Shown one piece after another: positions 29,895 through 40,403 of a stretch of DNA of 64,000 nt (the first letter of the stretch is position 1; every line of letters starts with the position of its first letter). The translations under genes were made by a program, and so were the position numbers. Below the pieces are notes generated by a model. That model was not told the DNA's origin, did not search any database, and saw nothing but the letters and a program-made list of their open reading frames with translations. The stretch comes from an uncultured Chloroflexia bacterium (GTDB lineage: Bacteria > Chloroflexota > Limnocylindria > Limnocylindrales > CSP1-4), in the NCBI GenBank assembly GCA_963712745.1, contig CAVQJC010000014.1, positions 8,141-72,140 of the forward strand. The letters run 5' to 3'.

Positions 29895-30713
29895 TTGAGC
29901 ACCGAGCCGGACGTCCGCAGCCGCCAGAACCCGCGCTTCAAGGCGGCGCTGGCGCTGCGTGGCGCGCGCGAGCGACGGGCCCGTGGGCGCATCCTCGTCG
30001 ACGGTGCTCGCGAGATCGGTCGCGCGCTCGAGACGGGTGTCGTGCCGGTCGAGGGCTGGGTCGCGCTCGAACAGGTGCGCAGCGCGGCCGCTCGAGCCCT
30101 GCTCCCGCGCCTGGCCTCATCGATGGAGATCATCGAGACCACGCCGGAGCTTCTGGCGCACCTGGCCTACGGCGAGCGGGACGAAGGCATCGTGGCCGTG
30201 TTCGAGACGCCGCCCTCGGACCTCGGCCGGCTGGCCGGCCGGCTCCCGGAGCGCCCGCTCATCGCGGTCGTCGAAGGCGTCGAGAAGCCCGGCAACCTGG
30301 GCGCGCTCCTGCGCTCGGCCGACGGAGCCGGGGTCGATGCTGTCATCGCCGCCGACCCGGCATCGGACATCTGGAATCCCAACGCCATCCGCGCCAGCCT
30401 GGGCACGATCTTCAGCCTGCCGGTCGCGGCCTGTTCATCGGCCGAGGCCCTGGCCTTCCTGCGTGACCACCGCATCGACATCCTTGCCGCACGCGTAGAA
30501 GGGGCTACCGGCTACGACACGGTCGATCTCACCGGGTCGGTGGCGCTCGTGGTCGGCGCCGAGACCAGCGGTCTGACCGAGACCTGGTCGGGCGAGGGCG
30601 TGACGCCCATCAGTATCCCCATGCTGGGGCTTGCAGACAGTCTCAATGTGTCAGCCAGCGCGGCCGTACTCTTCTACGAAGCGCAGCGCCAACGCCGCGC
30701 CGCTGACCGATGA
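29895..30713 (+). CDS. TrmH/SpoU-family RNA methyltransferase
   Basis: SRQNPRFK, VEKPGNLGALLRSA, GAETSGL, IPMLGLADSLNVS; probable leaderless TTG start. Confidence 0.93.
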   Translation: MSTEPDVRSRQNPRFKAALALRGARERRARGRILVDGAREIGRALETGVVPVEGWVALEQVRSAAARALLPRLASSMEIIETTPELLAHLAYGERDEGIVAVFETPPSDLGRLAGRLPERPLIAVVEGVEKPGNLGALLRSADGAGVDAVIAADPASDIWNPNAIRASLGTIFSLPVAACSSAEALAFLRDHRIDILAARVEGATGYDTVDLTGSVALVVGAETSGLTETWSGEGVTPISIPMLGLADSLNVSASAAVLFYEAQRQRRAADR

Positions 30714-30733
30714 CCAGACCAGGAGGGAGTTCC

Positions 30734-31084
30734 ATGGCCACGACCACGCTGCTCGTCGAGTTCGACATCAAGGCCGGCCGGACCGACGACTTCAAGGCCG
30801 CCGCGAAGGCCCTGTTCGCCAAGACGCAGGAAGAGCCGGACACCCTGCGCTACGAGTACTTCCTCAGTGACGACGGCACCAGCAACGTGAACATCGAGGT
30901 GTTCAAGGACGCCGATGCCTTCGTCTATCACAACCGCAACGTGGCCGACCTGGTGCCGGCTCTCTTCGACGCGGTGGACAAGGTCAGGATCGCCGTCATC
31001 GGCGACGCCAACGACGACCTCTGGGCTGAGCTGGCCGATGTCGAGACGGTCCACTACGAGCGCCTCGGCGGCATCACCCGCTAA
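30734..31084 (+). CDS. ABM/putative quinol monooxygenase family protein
   Basis: EEPDTLRYEYF..EVFKDADAFVYH; AGGAGG RBS. Confidence 0.8.
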   Translation: MATTTLLVEFDIKAGRTDDFKAAAKALFAKTQEEPDTLRYEYFLSDDGTSNVNIEVFKDADAFVYHNRNVADLVPALFDAVDKVRIAVIGDANDDLWAELADVETVHYERLGGITR

Positions 31085-31087
31085 TCG

Positions 31088-31489
31088 CTAGACCAGCGAC
31101 CGGGTGGCGATGTTGGCCACGCCGATGTGGCGATGCCTTGGCCCGTCTAGCTCCAGGAAGATGATCCGCTGCCAGGTGCCAACGTCCAGGCGGCCCTCGC
31201 TGACCGGCAGCAGCAGCTGGCCGCCGATGAAGCTGGCGAGGACGTGCGACTGGGCGTTGCCCGGGTTCCAGACCTCGTGCTGCCAGGGCCCGTGGTCCTC
31301 GATGAGATGGGCCGCCACGCGCTCATAGTCGGCGAACATCTCCGAGCCTGACTCACCCAGGAAGACCGCGGCCGTGGTGTGCTCGACGGTGACCAGCAGG
31401 AGGCCGTCGGGCCAGTCGCGGGAAGTGAAGAGATGGGTGATGTCGAGCGCCTGCGTGCGCCGGCTGGTCGAGAGTTCGAAGCGAAGCAT
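31088..31489 (-). CDS. YjbQ/UPF0047 family protein
   Basis: HTTAA, NAQSH, GTWQRIIFLELDGPR. Confidence 0.88.
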   Translation of the reverse strand: MLRFELSTSRRTQALDITHLFTSRDWPDGLLLVTVEHTTAAVFLGESGSEMFADYERVAAHLIEDHGPWQHEVWNPGNAQSHVLASFIGGQLLLPVSEGRLDVGTWQRIIFLELDGPRHRHIGVANIATRSLV

Positions 31490-31518
31490 CCCCTGAGGCT
31501 ACTCGCCCCCGGCAGTCG

Positions 31519-32574
31519 CTACCGGTCCTCGATGACCACGACCTGCTCGAGGTGCCGCGGTTGTTCCGGGTCGAGACCACGGCCGACCGCGATGCCCAGC
31601 GCCAGCGCCTGCAGGACATGCAGCGCGAGGGGCAGGCGGGCGATCTCGTCGAGCCCGGCCCCGGGGCCATCCGGGCCCAGCACCATGGTCGAGGCTCCGA
31701 GGACGGCCGATTCATCGATCACCCGCCGCTCGTCGGCCTCGGCCGTTCCGCCGATGATGCCCACCACGATCGTGCCTGGCTCGCACACCGACATCGGCCC
31801 ATGTCGGAACTCGAGCGGATGGAAGGCGGAGGCTGGGACCTGGCCCGTCTCGGTCGCCTTCAGGACCGCCTCGTTGGCCAGGCCGAACGCAGCACCGCCG
31901 CCGAGCACCACCAGCCGCGAGGGGTTCGTGGCCGCCAGCTCGAAGGCGCGGTCGATCCATGGTGCGGTCTCGACCCACCGTCCGGGTAGCGCGTCGAGGT
32001 CGGCCGCGAAGGCCGGGTCACCGAGTCGTGCCCCCAATCGCATGAGCAGCGCCGTCTGCGAGGCGAACGATCGCGTCATCACGATGGCTTCCTCGTCCCC
32101 CTCGGGGATGGCCAACGCGACGTCTGCCAGTCCGGCCATGGGCGCGGCCGGACGGCAGGTGACCGCGACGGTGAACTGCCCACGGGCGCGGGCAGCCTTG
32201 ATGACCTCAAGGGCCTCGGTGGTGGTGCCCGAGCGGGAGACCACGATGACCGGCTGATCGGCCAGGGACTGACCGGCGAAGACGGCCGCGGGCCGGAGTA
32301 GCAACTCGCTGAGGGGCTGGGCCTCGGCGGGCAGGTTGGCGTGGGCGCGCATGGAGAAGGCCGCGATCTGCGAGATGTAGAGCGACGAGCCCGCACCGGT
32401 GATGACGATACGAGTGGCGCCGTCGAGCCGGTCCACGATCGCCTGGGGGGCGGAGCGCGCGACCTCGAGTGCGGCGGTTATGGCCTCAGCACCGGTGCTG
32501 GCCTCGCGCCAGGTCGTGGTCCGCTCTACTCGCTCGCGGATCTGCTGGGCGGTAGGCATCTCGGATGCGTCCAT
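31519..32574 (-). CDS. Double-SIS sugar-phosphate isomerase/deaminase (AgaS/GlmS-like)
   Basis: TGAGSS, SRSGTTTE, EEAIVMTRSF, EAVLK, EFRHGP, DPEQPRHL. Confidence 0.88.
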   Translation of the reverse strand: MDASEMPTAQQIRERVERTTTWREASTGAEAITAALEVARSAPQAIVDRLDGATRIVITGAGSSLYISQIAAFSMRAHANLPAEAQPLSELLLRPAAVFAGQSLADQPVIVVSRSGTTTEALEVIKAARARGQFTVAVTCRPAAPMAGLADVALAIPEGDEEAIVMTRSFASQTALLMRLGARLGDPAFAADLDALPGRWVETAPWIDRAFELAATNPSRLVVLGGGAAFGLANEAVLKATETGQVPASAFHPLEFRHGPMSVCEPGTIVVGIIGGTAEADERRVIDESAVLGASTMVLGPDGPGAGLDEIARLPLALHVLQALALGIAVGRGLDPEQPRHLEQVVVIEDR

Positions 32575-32676
32575 GGGTGCTCCGTTGTCGATGCTGAGGT
32601 CTTCGGGGCCTGCTCGTACGGTAGCATCGCTGCGGCGCGGTTCTCGTCGCGGGTCACGTCCAGCGGGAGGAAGAAG

Positions 32677-33657
32677 TTGAGGCTCGGCACACTTCGTGGC
32701 CTGGACGCCTGTGCCTCCGAGAGGGGCACGTTCTCGATCCTGGCGCTCGATCATCGCAACAACCTGCGCCGGATGCTGGACCCGGACGACCCTGAGTCGG
32801 TCAGCTACGAGCAGATGGTCGCGGTCAAGCGCTCGATCGTGCGCGCCATCGCTCCGGTCGCCGACGGCATCCTGCTCGACCCGGACCTGGGCGCGGGCCC
32901 CGCGATCCACGACGGTTCGCTGCCTTCGGGCTGCGGACTGCTCGTAGCCGTCGAAGAGAGTGGGTACGACGGGCCGCCTACCGCGAGGCGCAGCCGCATC
33001 ATGAAGGATTGGGGCGTGTCGCAGATCAAGCGACTCGGGGCCGACGCGGTGAAGCTACTGCTCTACTACCACCCCGATGCGCCCAACGCCGAGGACCAGG
33101 AACGCCTGCTCATCGAGATAGCCGAGTACTGCGCCGATTCGGACATCCCGCTCTTTCTCGAGACGCTGGGCTACTCCATCGAGGAGGGCGCGGCCGGGCT
33201 GACCGATGACGCTCGCCGCGATGTCGTGGTGCGCACCGCCAGGCGCTTGACAGCGCTCGGCGGGGACGTGCTCAAGTGCGAGTTCCCGTACGACGCCTCG
33301 GTCACCGACCGCAGCCGCTGGAAGGAGGCCTGCGCCGAGCTCGAGGCGGCCTCGTCTATCCCCTGGGCCATCCTCTCGGCCGGCGTGGACGATGCCACCT
33401 TCGAGGCCCAGACCGAGGTCGCCTGTGCTGCTGGTGCGTCGGGGGTGCTGGTGGGCCGGTCGGTCTGGAAGGAAGCGGCCACGATGGCCGCGCCCGAGCG
33501 CGACCGCTGGCTGGAGACCGTGGGCGCGGCGCGCATGCAGCGCCTCGTCGATATCGTCGAGGCGGAGGCTCGGCCGTGGCGAGAGCGCTCGCCGCTGCTC
33601 GACCAGCCGGAGCCGGGCGAGGGCTGGTACGCAAGCTACCCGGGGTCGTTGGCGTGA
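32677..33657 (+). CDS. lacD: Tagatose-1,6-bisphosphate aldolase (LacD family, class I)
   Basis: LALDHR, LLDP, EESGY, AVKLLLYYHP, DVLKCEFP, LSAGV, GVLVGRSVW; start uncertain. Confidence 0.85.
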   Translation: MRLGTLRGLDACASERGTFSILALDHRNNLRRMLDPDDPESVSYEQMVAVKRSIVRAIAPVADGILLDPDLGAGPAIHDGSLPSGCGLLVAVEESGYDGPPTARRSRIMKDWGVSQIKRLGADAVKLLLYYHPDAPNAEDQERLLIEIAEYCADSDIPLFLETLGYSIEEGAAGLTDDARRDVVVRTARRLTALGGDVLKCEFPYDASVTDRSRWKEACAELEAASSIPWAILSAGVDDATFEAQTEVACAAGASGVLVGRSVWKEAATMAAPERDRWLETVGAARMQRLVDIVEAEARPWRERSPLLDQPEPGEGWYASYPGSLA

Positions 33658-34667
33658 GTGGTGCACCGGAGCTCGATAGCGAGTCAGCTTCCACGCCAGA
33701 GGGGGACTCGGCCCCGGAGCGCGAGACAGACGTCTACGTCATCGGCGACGTCAATCCGGACATCCTCGTCATCGACAAGGACGTCGTGCCCGAGTTCGGG
33801 CAGGTCGAGAAGTACGTCGGGACGATCCGCCTGACCGTGGGGGGCTCGTCGGCCATCACCGCCTGCGGCCTGGCCCGCCTGGGCCTGCGGGTGGCGCACG
33901 GCGGGATCGTGGGGGACGACATCCTCGGCCATGCCATCCTCGAAGCTTTGCGCCAGCGGGGCGTCGACACCTCCACCGTCTTGGTCGACCCGGCCATCCC
34001 CACCGGCGCCACCGTCCACCTGGGCACCGGCGACAACCGCGCCATGCTTACGGCCACCGGCACCATCGATCGGCTCGCAGCCGAGGACGTGCCGTCCGGG
34101 CTCCTGCCGCACATCCGGCACATCCACGCGGGATCGACGGGCATCCAGCCGAAGCTGCGGCCAGGTCTTCCGGCCCTGTTCGACAAGGCCCGGGCAGCCG
34201 GTGTGACCACGTCCTTCGACTCGAACTGGGATCCCGACCGGCGCTGGGAGGGCATCGATCCGATGCTGGCGGCGACTGACATCTTCTTCCCCAACGAACG
34301 GGAAGCCAGGCTCATCAGCGGCGAGTCGGACCCGCTGGAGGCGGCCCATGCGCTGGTGGCACGGGCCGAGGCTGCCGGACGAGATGACTCCGCGGAGCCG
34401 CTGACGGTAGTCGTCAAGATGGGTGCCCAGGGGGCATTGGCCGTGCGTGGCGACCACGCGCTGCGGCTGCCGGCCGACAAGGTCAAGGTCGTGGACTCGA
34501 CCGGTGCCGGCGACAGCTTCGACGCCGGGTTCCTCTATGGCTTCCTCGATGGACGTCCGCTGGCCGAATCGCTGGCCCTGGCGGTCGCCTGCGGCACGCT
34601 CTCGACCCGCGCGGTAGGTGGCGTCGACGGCCAGGCCACGCTGGAGGAGGCCACGGGTCTGCTGTAG
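33654..34667 (+). CDS. PfkB-family carbohydrate kinase
   Basis: GGSSAITAC, FPNERE, VKMGAQG, DSTGAGDSFDAG. Confidence 0.92.
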   Translation: MSGAPELDSESASTPEGDSAPERETDVYVIGDVNPDILVIDKDVVPEFGQVEKYVGTIRLTVGGSSAITACGLARLGLRVAHGGIVGDDILGHAILEALRQRGVDTSTVLVDPAIPTGATVHLGTGDNRAMLTATGTIDRLAAEDVPSGLLPHIRHIHAGSTGIQPKLRPGLPALFDKARAAGVTTSFDSNWDPDRRWEGIDPMLAATDIFFPNEREARLISGESDPLEAAHALVARAEAAGRDDSAEPLTVVVKMGAQGALAVRGDHALRLPADKVKVVDSTGAGDSFDAGFLYGFLDGRPLAESLALAVACGTLSTRAVGGVDGQATLEEATGLL

Positions 34668-34695
34668 GCGGGCGGGGCGCGCAGCAGCCTGGGGG

Positions 34696-35751
34696 TTAGC
34701 CCTCTTCGCGTTCGATCTGGCGACGTGAGGCCGGGGTGCGCCTGGACGTGGGAACGTCGGAGGCACCCTCGACGAAGGACGCTTCGCGCGCCCACGCTGC
34801 GGCCTGCTCCTGCTGCTCCACCGAGAGGATGCCGTGGCGTGCCAGTGAGGCCATCTCGTCGCGGATGTAGGTGTTGAGCATCTCCGGACCGTCGGTGTTG
34901 ATGGTGTAGCGCACGCCGTTCTTGGCGAAGGTCTCGAAGATCCACACGAACTCGTCCCAGCCGGAGACCACTCGCGAGTTGAGGTTGCTGGTCGGGCACA
35001 GTTCCAAGGTGATGCCGCGCTCGCGGATCATGTCCATGGTCTTCTGGTCATACGCCGACTTCACGCCGTGACCCAGCCGGTCGGGCTCGAGGTGCTTGAT
35101 GACCTGGGCCACCTCCTTGACCGGGCCTGACTCGCCGGTGTGAACGGTGATGCCCAGGCCCTTCTTGCGTGCCTGCCGAAATGCAGCCTTGTAGTCGGCC
35201 GGGTCGAAGGTCGAGGACTCCGGGCCGGCGATGTCGATACCCACCACGCCGCGGTCCCGGTAGGCGATGGCTTTCTCCACGATGATCTCGTTGAGATGCC
35301 TCGGGAAGGCGCGGTCCAGGCAGAGGATCAGTCCCGGCTTGATGGGGTACTCGAGAGTGGCCCGGTCCATGCCCCGGATGGCGGCGCTGATGATGTGGTC
35401 GAGATCCTGCTCGCCTCCCCGGTTGCGCTTCATGGGGTTGAAGCGCAACTCCATGGTCGTGACGTGGTTCTTGCGGTAGGCGCCGCCGATGACCTCGTAG
35501 ACCGAGCGCTCCACGGCCAGCGGCGAGGACTGGATGAGCTCGGTCCAGTGGAACAGCTGCAGATAGCCGTCGAACGATCGGCCGCGCCGCTTGGACACGG
35601 TGATCATCTCGCGAAACTCCCAGTAATCCTTGCTCGGCAGGCGGATGCCCTGGGAGTGGGCGATGCCCCACATGATCGCGGGCGACACGGCACCACCGAG
35701 ATGACAGTGGAGCTCAGCGAGGGGGATCTTGCGGGAGAGGACAGAGGCCAT
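34696..35751 (-). CDS. add: Adenosine deaminase family protein
   Basis: ELHCHLGG, HTGE, RLGHG, ELCPTSN, INTDGP. Confidence 0.85.
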   Translation of the reverse strand: MASVLSRKIPLAELHCHLGGAVSPAIMWGIAHSQGIRLPSKDYWEFREMITVSKRRGRSFDGYLQLFHWTELIQSSPLAVERSVYEVIGGAYRKNHVTTMELRFNPMKRNRGGEQDLDHIISAAIRGMDRATLEYPIKPGLILCLDRAFPRHLNEIIVEKAIAYRDRGVVGIDIAGPESSTFDPADYKAAFRQARKKGLGITVHTGESGPVKEVAQVIKHLEPDRLGHGVKSAYDQKTMDMIRERGITLELCPTSNLNSRVVSGWDEFVWIFETFAKNGVRYTINTDGPEMLNTYIRDEMASLARHGILSVEQQEQAAAWAREASFVEGASDVPTSRRTPASRRQIEREEG

Positions 35752-35789
35752 GCGGCGATGCTACCGCGTGGCCTGGTCCCCGCGACGGC

Positions 35790-36215
35790 TCAGGCAGGCA
35801 GCGACACGGGCTGGGTCAAACGGATGTGGTTGCCGGAGGGGTCGCGGAAGCCGGCATCGATGCCGTAGAACCGCTCTTCAGGGGGCTCGATGAACTCAAC
35901 GCCAAGAGTGATCAACCGCTCGTAGTCGGACTTGATGTCGTCGGTCGTGAGGAAGATCCCGTTGGCCTGTCCCTTGCCCACGATGTCGCGGACCTGCTCC
36001 ACGGTCGCCGCGTCGGGAATGGGTGGGCTGGCCATGGCCATGAGCACGATCGAGACGTCTGGCTGCCCGGCCGGACCGACCGCCAGCCAACGGAAGTCGC
36101 CCATCTCCGGGACCGTCACATCGGACCGAACTTCCAGGCCGACCTTGTCGACGTAGAAGCTCAGGGCCTCGTCCTGGTCGTGCACCCAGAGTTGGGCACT
36201 GGCGAGCTTGATCAT
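35790..36215 (-). CDS. VOC/glyoxalase family protein
   Basis: VHDQDEALSFY, YGIDAGFRDPSGN. Confidence 0.9.
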   Translation of the reverse strand: MIKLASAQLWVHDQDEALSFYVDKVGLEVRSDVTVPEMGDFRWLAVGPAGQPDVSIVLMAMASPPIPDAATVEQVRDIVGKGQANGIFLTTDDIKSDYERLITLGVEFIEPPEERFYGIDAGFRDPSGNHIRLTQPVSLPA

Positions 36216-36269
36216 CGTTCCTCCTGTCGGGTAGGTGTCCGGCAGATCGGCCGTTCGACCCGGAGGAGC

Positions 36270-36707
36270 CTAGCCCGCCGGTGTGGCCCTGTCTTCTCGA
36301 AACGTGCGGCTTTGGGGCCGTGCGTGGGCGCGCATCACGCACGCCGGGATCATGGCCATGCGGCTGGCCGCCGGGTGCGCTGCCCGGTAGCGCAGCGGGG
36401 GCATGCCGAACACCCGAGTGAAGCTCGAGGTGAACGATCCGACGCTCTCCCATCCGACGCTCACGGCGATGCGGGCGACCGCCCAGTCGGTCTTGCGCAG
36501 CAGGGCCGCTGCGCGCTCGAGCCGTCGGGTGGTCAGGTAGCGATGCGGTGGTTCTCCGAAGGTGCGACGGAACTCGCGGCTGAAGTGAGCCTTGGAGAGT
36601 CGTGCCTCCCGCGCCAGCTCGGCCACCGTCAGCGGCTCCGCGTAGCGCGAATCGACCATGTCCCTGGCGCGGAGCAGGTGCCGGCTCGGGGGGAGCTCGC
36701 CCGTCAT
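36270..36707 (-). CDS. AraC-family transcriptional regulator
   Basis: HLLRARD, LSKAHFSREFRRTFGEPP, RRLERAAALL, SVGSFTSSF. Confidence 0.92.
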   Translation of the reverse strand: MTGELPPSRHLLRARDMVDSRYAEPLTVAELAREARLSKAHFSREFRRTFGEPPHRYLTTRRLERAAALLRKTDWAVARIAVSVGWESVGSFTSSFTRVFGMPPLRYRAAHPAASRMAMIPACVMRAHARPQSRTFREDRATPAG

Positions 36708-36841
36708 CACACCAGTATCGGGCAACCGGCGTGGTGCGGGCACCCCGCAAACGTGCATGAGTCGGCATTGACAGTCGTGCAACGCTGTGGCCGGACGTGG
36801 CTCGTCGGCGGCCTCACCGCCGGCAGGAGCAAGTAGGGAAC

Positions 36842-37894
36842 ATGCGCCTCACCGACTACCGGCCGGTCAGCAGACTGCGCTTGCGCGAGCATCTCATCGA
36901 GAAGCCGAAGTTCGGCGTGGTCGACGCCCACAACCACCTGGGGCCGGTCTTCAGCCAAGGCTGGCACGAGCGGCCCGTTTCGGAGCTCTTGGCCGTGCTC
37001 GATGAGGCCGGCGTGGAGACCATCGTCGACCTCGACGGCGGACAGGGCAAATCCTTCAGCGAGCACCACGCCAGGTACGCGGGCGCGCATCCCGCGCGCT
37101 TCGCCCATGTCGCGCAGCTGGCCTACGAGGAGTGGGTCGAGCGGCCCGACTTCGGCGAGATGGAGGCCGCGCGCTTCGAGGATTCGGTGCGGCGTGGAGC
37201 GGTCGGCATCAAGGCCTGGAAGCCGCTGGGGCTCCGCGCACTTGATCCGGAGGGGAAGCTCGTGCCCGTGGACGATCCGCGGCTCGATCCCCTGTGGGCG
37301 ATGGGCGCGAAGACGGGCGCCGTGATCATCGTCCACGTGGCCGACCCGATCGCCTTCTTCGACCCCCTCGACGAGCACAACGAACGCTGGGAGGAACTGC
37401 AGGAGCATCCCGACTGGCACTTCTGGCCGTCGCGGGCCGGGGCCGGCGAGCACGGCTTCCCTGGCTTCGACGAGATCATCGCAGCCTTCGAGCGGGTGGT
37501 GTCACGTCATCCCCAGACGACCTTCATCGGTGCCCACGTGGGCTGTGCCGCGGAGGACCTGGCGCTGGTCTCGGGGATGCTGGAGCGCAACCCGAACCTC
37601 TTCGTGGACATCTCCGCTCGCATCAGCGAGCTGGGCCGCCAGCCCTACTCCGCCCGCGAGTTCTTCCTCAGGTATGCCGACCGCATCCTCTTCGGGACCG
37701 ACTTCGGCTACGACCCCGAGATGTACCGCATCTTCTACCGCTTCCTCGAGACCTTCGACGAGTCATTCGACTACGACCTCGGCGACTACCCTCAGCAGGG
37801 CCGCTGGCAGATCCACGGTATCGGCCTGCCCGACGACGTGCTGCGGAAGGTCTACGCGGACAACGCCAGGCGCATCCTGCTCAAGGATCGCTGA
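36842..37894 (+). CDS. Amidohydrolase family protein (Amidohydro_2)
   Basis: DAHNH, HVADP, GAH, ELGRQP, RILFGTD. Confidence 0.88.
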   Translation: MRLTDYRPVSRLRLREHLIEKPKFGVVDAHNHLGPVFSQGWHERPVSELLAVLDEAGVETIVDLDGGQGKSFSEHHARYAGAHPARFAHVAQLAYEEWVERPDFGEMEAARFEDSVRRGAVGIKAWKPLGLRALDPEGKLVPVDDPRLDPLWAMGAKTGAVIIVHVADPIAFFDPLDEHNERWEELQEHPDWHFWPSRAGAGEHGFPGFDEIIAAFERVVSRHPQTTFIGAHVGCAAEDLALVSGMLERNPNLFVDISARISELGRQPYSAREFFLRYADRILFGTDFGYDPEMYRIFYRFLETFDESFDYDLGDYPQQGRWQIHGIGLPDDVLRKVYADNARRILLKDR

Positions 37895-37989
37895 GGGGAC
37901 GCGCCGCGCGGGCACCGCGACGGACGTGCGTTCGGCCCCGCGGAGGACTAAGGTCTCGACTTTCGAACCAGCAGGCGGAGTGAGGAAGC

Positions 37990-38616
37990 GTGCGTGACGT
38001 CGGGCGGCTGTCGTTGGCGCTCGGAGTGGTGGCTCTGGCCACCATCGTCGGCCTGGCCGGACTGGCCCAGCTGAAGTTCAGCGCGTTCCTCTCCGACTCC
38101 GTGGGTGAACGGCTCGAGATCGTGGGCAGGACTGCGGCGCAGGATTTCGGCGCGGCCATCGACCACGGGCTGAGCGTCGCCGAGGTCGCCAACGGCCGCC
38201 AGATCCTCGAACGAGCGCGAGGTCACGATCGGTCCATCAGCGGCATCGCCGTCTTCGACCTCGATGCCGCCATCCTGCACACGGCCGGCGACATCCCGGA
38301 CGGGGAAATCGACCCCCGGACGCAGGAGGCCTTCCGCGTGGTCGTCCTTGAGGACGCAGTGGACGCCTGGAGCATCGAGGCGGGGGACCAGATCAGGAGC
38401 GGAGTGGTCATCGATGGCAGCTTCGGTCAGCCGGTCGGGGGCGTCGTCGTCCACTATCCCGTCACCGAGATGCGCGAGCAGGAGGCTTCCATGATGGGCT
38501 CGCTCCTCTTCGACGCGGCCTGGATCGGACTGGTCGTTCTCATCGTCGTCGGAATCGTCTTCGCCGTGCTGCGCAGGCGCGAAGGAGGCGATGACCCCGA
38601 GGCTGACCAGGCATGA
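37990..38616 (+). CDS. Two-TM membrane protein with extracytoplasmic sensor-like domain and no output domain
   Basis: TM, about 130-aa loop (IAVFD...GQPVGGVVV), TM; overlaps the next gene (ATGA). Confidence 0.7.
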   Translation: MRDVGRLSLALGVVALATIVGLAGLAQLKFSAFLSDSVGERLEIVGRTAAQDFGAAIDHGLSVAEVANGRQILERARGHDRSISGIAVFDLDAAILHTAGDIPDGEIDPRTQEAFRVVVLEDAVDAWSIEAGDQIRSGVVIDGSFGQPVGGVVVHYPVTEMREQEASMMGSLLFDAAWIGLVVLIVVGIVFAVLRRREGGDDPEADQA

Positions 38617-40403
38617 ACCGCGCTGAGCAGGTCTCGCGCCGCCTCATCGGCATCATCGCCGGCCTGCTGGTGGTGGCGGCCATCCTCTTCGGAGCGCTCA
38701 TCATCGAGGACTTCAATCGGGCACTCGAGCCGGAGCTCGAGCGACGTTCGGGGCTCATTGGGACCACGGTGCACGACGACGTGGAGCGCGCGCTGAACGT
38801 AGGCATCCCACTGGAACGGCTGGTTGGCGTGGAGGCCTACGTCGAGACGCTGATGACCGACTTTGCTGAGCTCGAGTTCGTGGTCGTCCGCGACGGGGCC
38901 GGCACCGTCCTCCACTCGGGCGGCGACGTCTCGGAGGCGGTTCGTGCACAAGACTTCAAGGTCCCGCTTGAAGGCAGCGCTGAGGATGCCGGTTCGCTCG
39001 TCTCGCGCTACCCACTGGCGACCGAGCTCGGGACCGTGGGCGCCATCGATGTGGGCGTGGACGGCGGGTTCGTGCGCGTCAGACTCGAGGATCTCGCACT
39101 CGATCTCATGGTTATCGTGGTCGTGGCGCTGGTGCTGGCGTACGAGCTGGCGCTTGCCGTGAGCGAGAGGGTGGCGGGTCGCGGACGGCGCCGCTCGTCG
39201 GGCGTGGCCGAGGCCAGGTTGGTCCTCTTCGTCTTCGTGGTCGGGGAGGAGCTGAGCAAGTCGTTCCTGCCGCAGTTCATCCTTGGCGCCACCGATCCGG
39301 GGGCGGCCCTCGACCCGGCGGTGGCGGTGAGCCTGCCGATCGTGGCCTACCTGCTCACTCTTGGCCTGGCCTCGCCTTTCGCCGGCAAGCTCGCCGGGCG
39401 TTACGGCGAACGCACTCTCTTGATGGCTGGCCTGGTGTTCGCGGCGGCAAGCCAGGTAGGCATGGTGGTCGCGGCGGACCTGCTTCAGATCACGGTGCTA
39501 CGAGGCCTGACGGGAGTGGGATACGCGATCTCGACCATCGCCTGCCTTGAGTACCTCATCGAACGACAGCCTCGAGCCGATCGGATCCGTGCCACTGGAG
39601 CATTCATAGCCGTCGTGATCGGGGGCACATTCGCCGGGACTGCGCTAGGTGGCATCCTGGCCGACCGACTTGGATACCGTCCGGTGTTCGCCCTCAGCGC
39701 GGTCCTGGTGCTGGCCGCGGGGCTCCTGGCCTGGCGACTGATGTCGGCCGCGAGGACCGGGAGCCAGGCCGAGGAACCGCAGGCGTTCTCGATACGCGAT
39801 GTCGCCGGCGTCCTGCACCAGCCAAGGCTGCTGGCACTCATGGCCGGGGTGACCGTGCCCATGAACGTGTTGCTGGCCGCGTTCCTGTGGTACCTGGTGC
39901 CGTTGACACTGGCCGCGTCCGGCGAGAGCGCCGCAGTCATCGGCCGGACGCTGATGCTCTACTACCTGGCCGTGTTGCTCGCGGCACCCGCGGTCGGCCG
40001 GTTGACCGCCGCCGGGCTCGACGCCAGGTTGCTGGTCGGCATCGGCTCCGTCATCAGCGGGGCGGTGCTGCTGATCCCGGCGGGCCAGCTGACGACGCTC
40101 GCCGTGTCGGTAGCGGTCGTGATCGTCGGCCTCGGCCACGCGGCGATCCGCGGGCCACAGCTGGTCCTGGCTATCGAGATCGGCGAGGCTGAACGCGCGG
40201 GGCTCGGGCGAGGCGCCACACTAGCGGTGATGCGGACGCTCGAGCGACTTGGAGCTCTGGTAGGTCTCCTCGTGGCGGCCGTGGTCGCGGCGCGATGGGA
40301 CCTGCTGGTGGCCATGGCGGCGATCGGCGTGGCCACTGGCGTCGCGGGCGTGGCATACCTCTCGACCGTGCTTGTCGGAGAACGGGGCACCGCGCGTGTC
40401 TAG
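38613..40403 (+). CDS. MFS transporter with N-terminal TM-sensor-like-TM extension
   Basis: About 190-aa N-extension, then about 12 TMs with GKLAGRYGER, RGLTGVG, GGILADRLGYR. Confidence 0.85.
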   Translation: MNRAEQVSRRLIGIIAGLLVVAAILFGALIIEDFNRALEPELERRSGLIGTTVHDDVERALNVGIPLERLVGVEAYVETLMTDFAELEFVVVRDGAGTVLHSGGDVSEAVRAQDFKVPLEGSAEDAGSLVSRYPLATELGTVGAIDVGVDGGFVRVRLEDLALDLMVIVVVALVLAYELALAVSERVAGRGRRRSSGVAEARLVLFVFVVGEELSKSFLPQFILGATDPGAALDPAVAVSLPIVAYLLTLGLASPFAGKLAGRYGERTLLMAGLVFAAASQVGMVVAADLLQITVLRGLTGVGYAISTIACLEYLIERQPRADRIRATGAFIAVVIGGTFAGTALGGILADRLGYRPVFALSAVLVLAAGLLAWRLMSAARTGSQAEEPQAFSIRDVAGVLHQPRLLALMAGVTVPMNVLLAAFLWYLVPLTLAASGESAAVIGRTLMLYYLAVLLAAPAVGRLTAAGLDARLLVGIGSVISGAVLLIPAGQLTTLAVSVAVVIVGLGHAAIRGPQLVLAIEIGEAERAGLGRGATLAVMRTLERLGALVGLLVAAVVAARWDLLVAMAAIGVATGVAGVAYLSTVLVGERGTARV

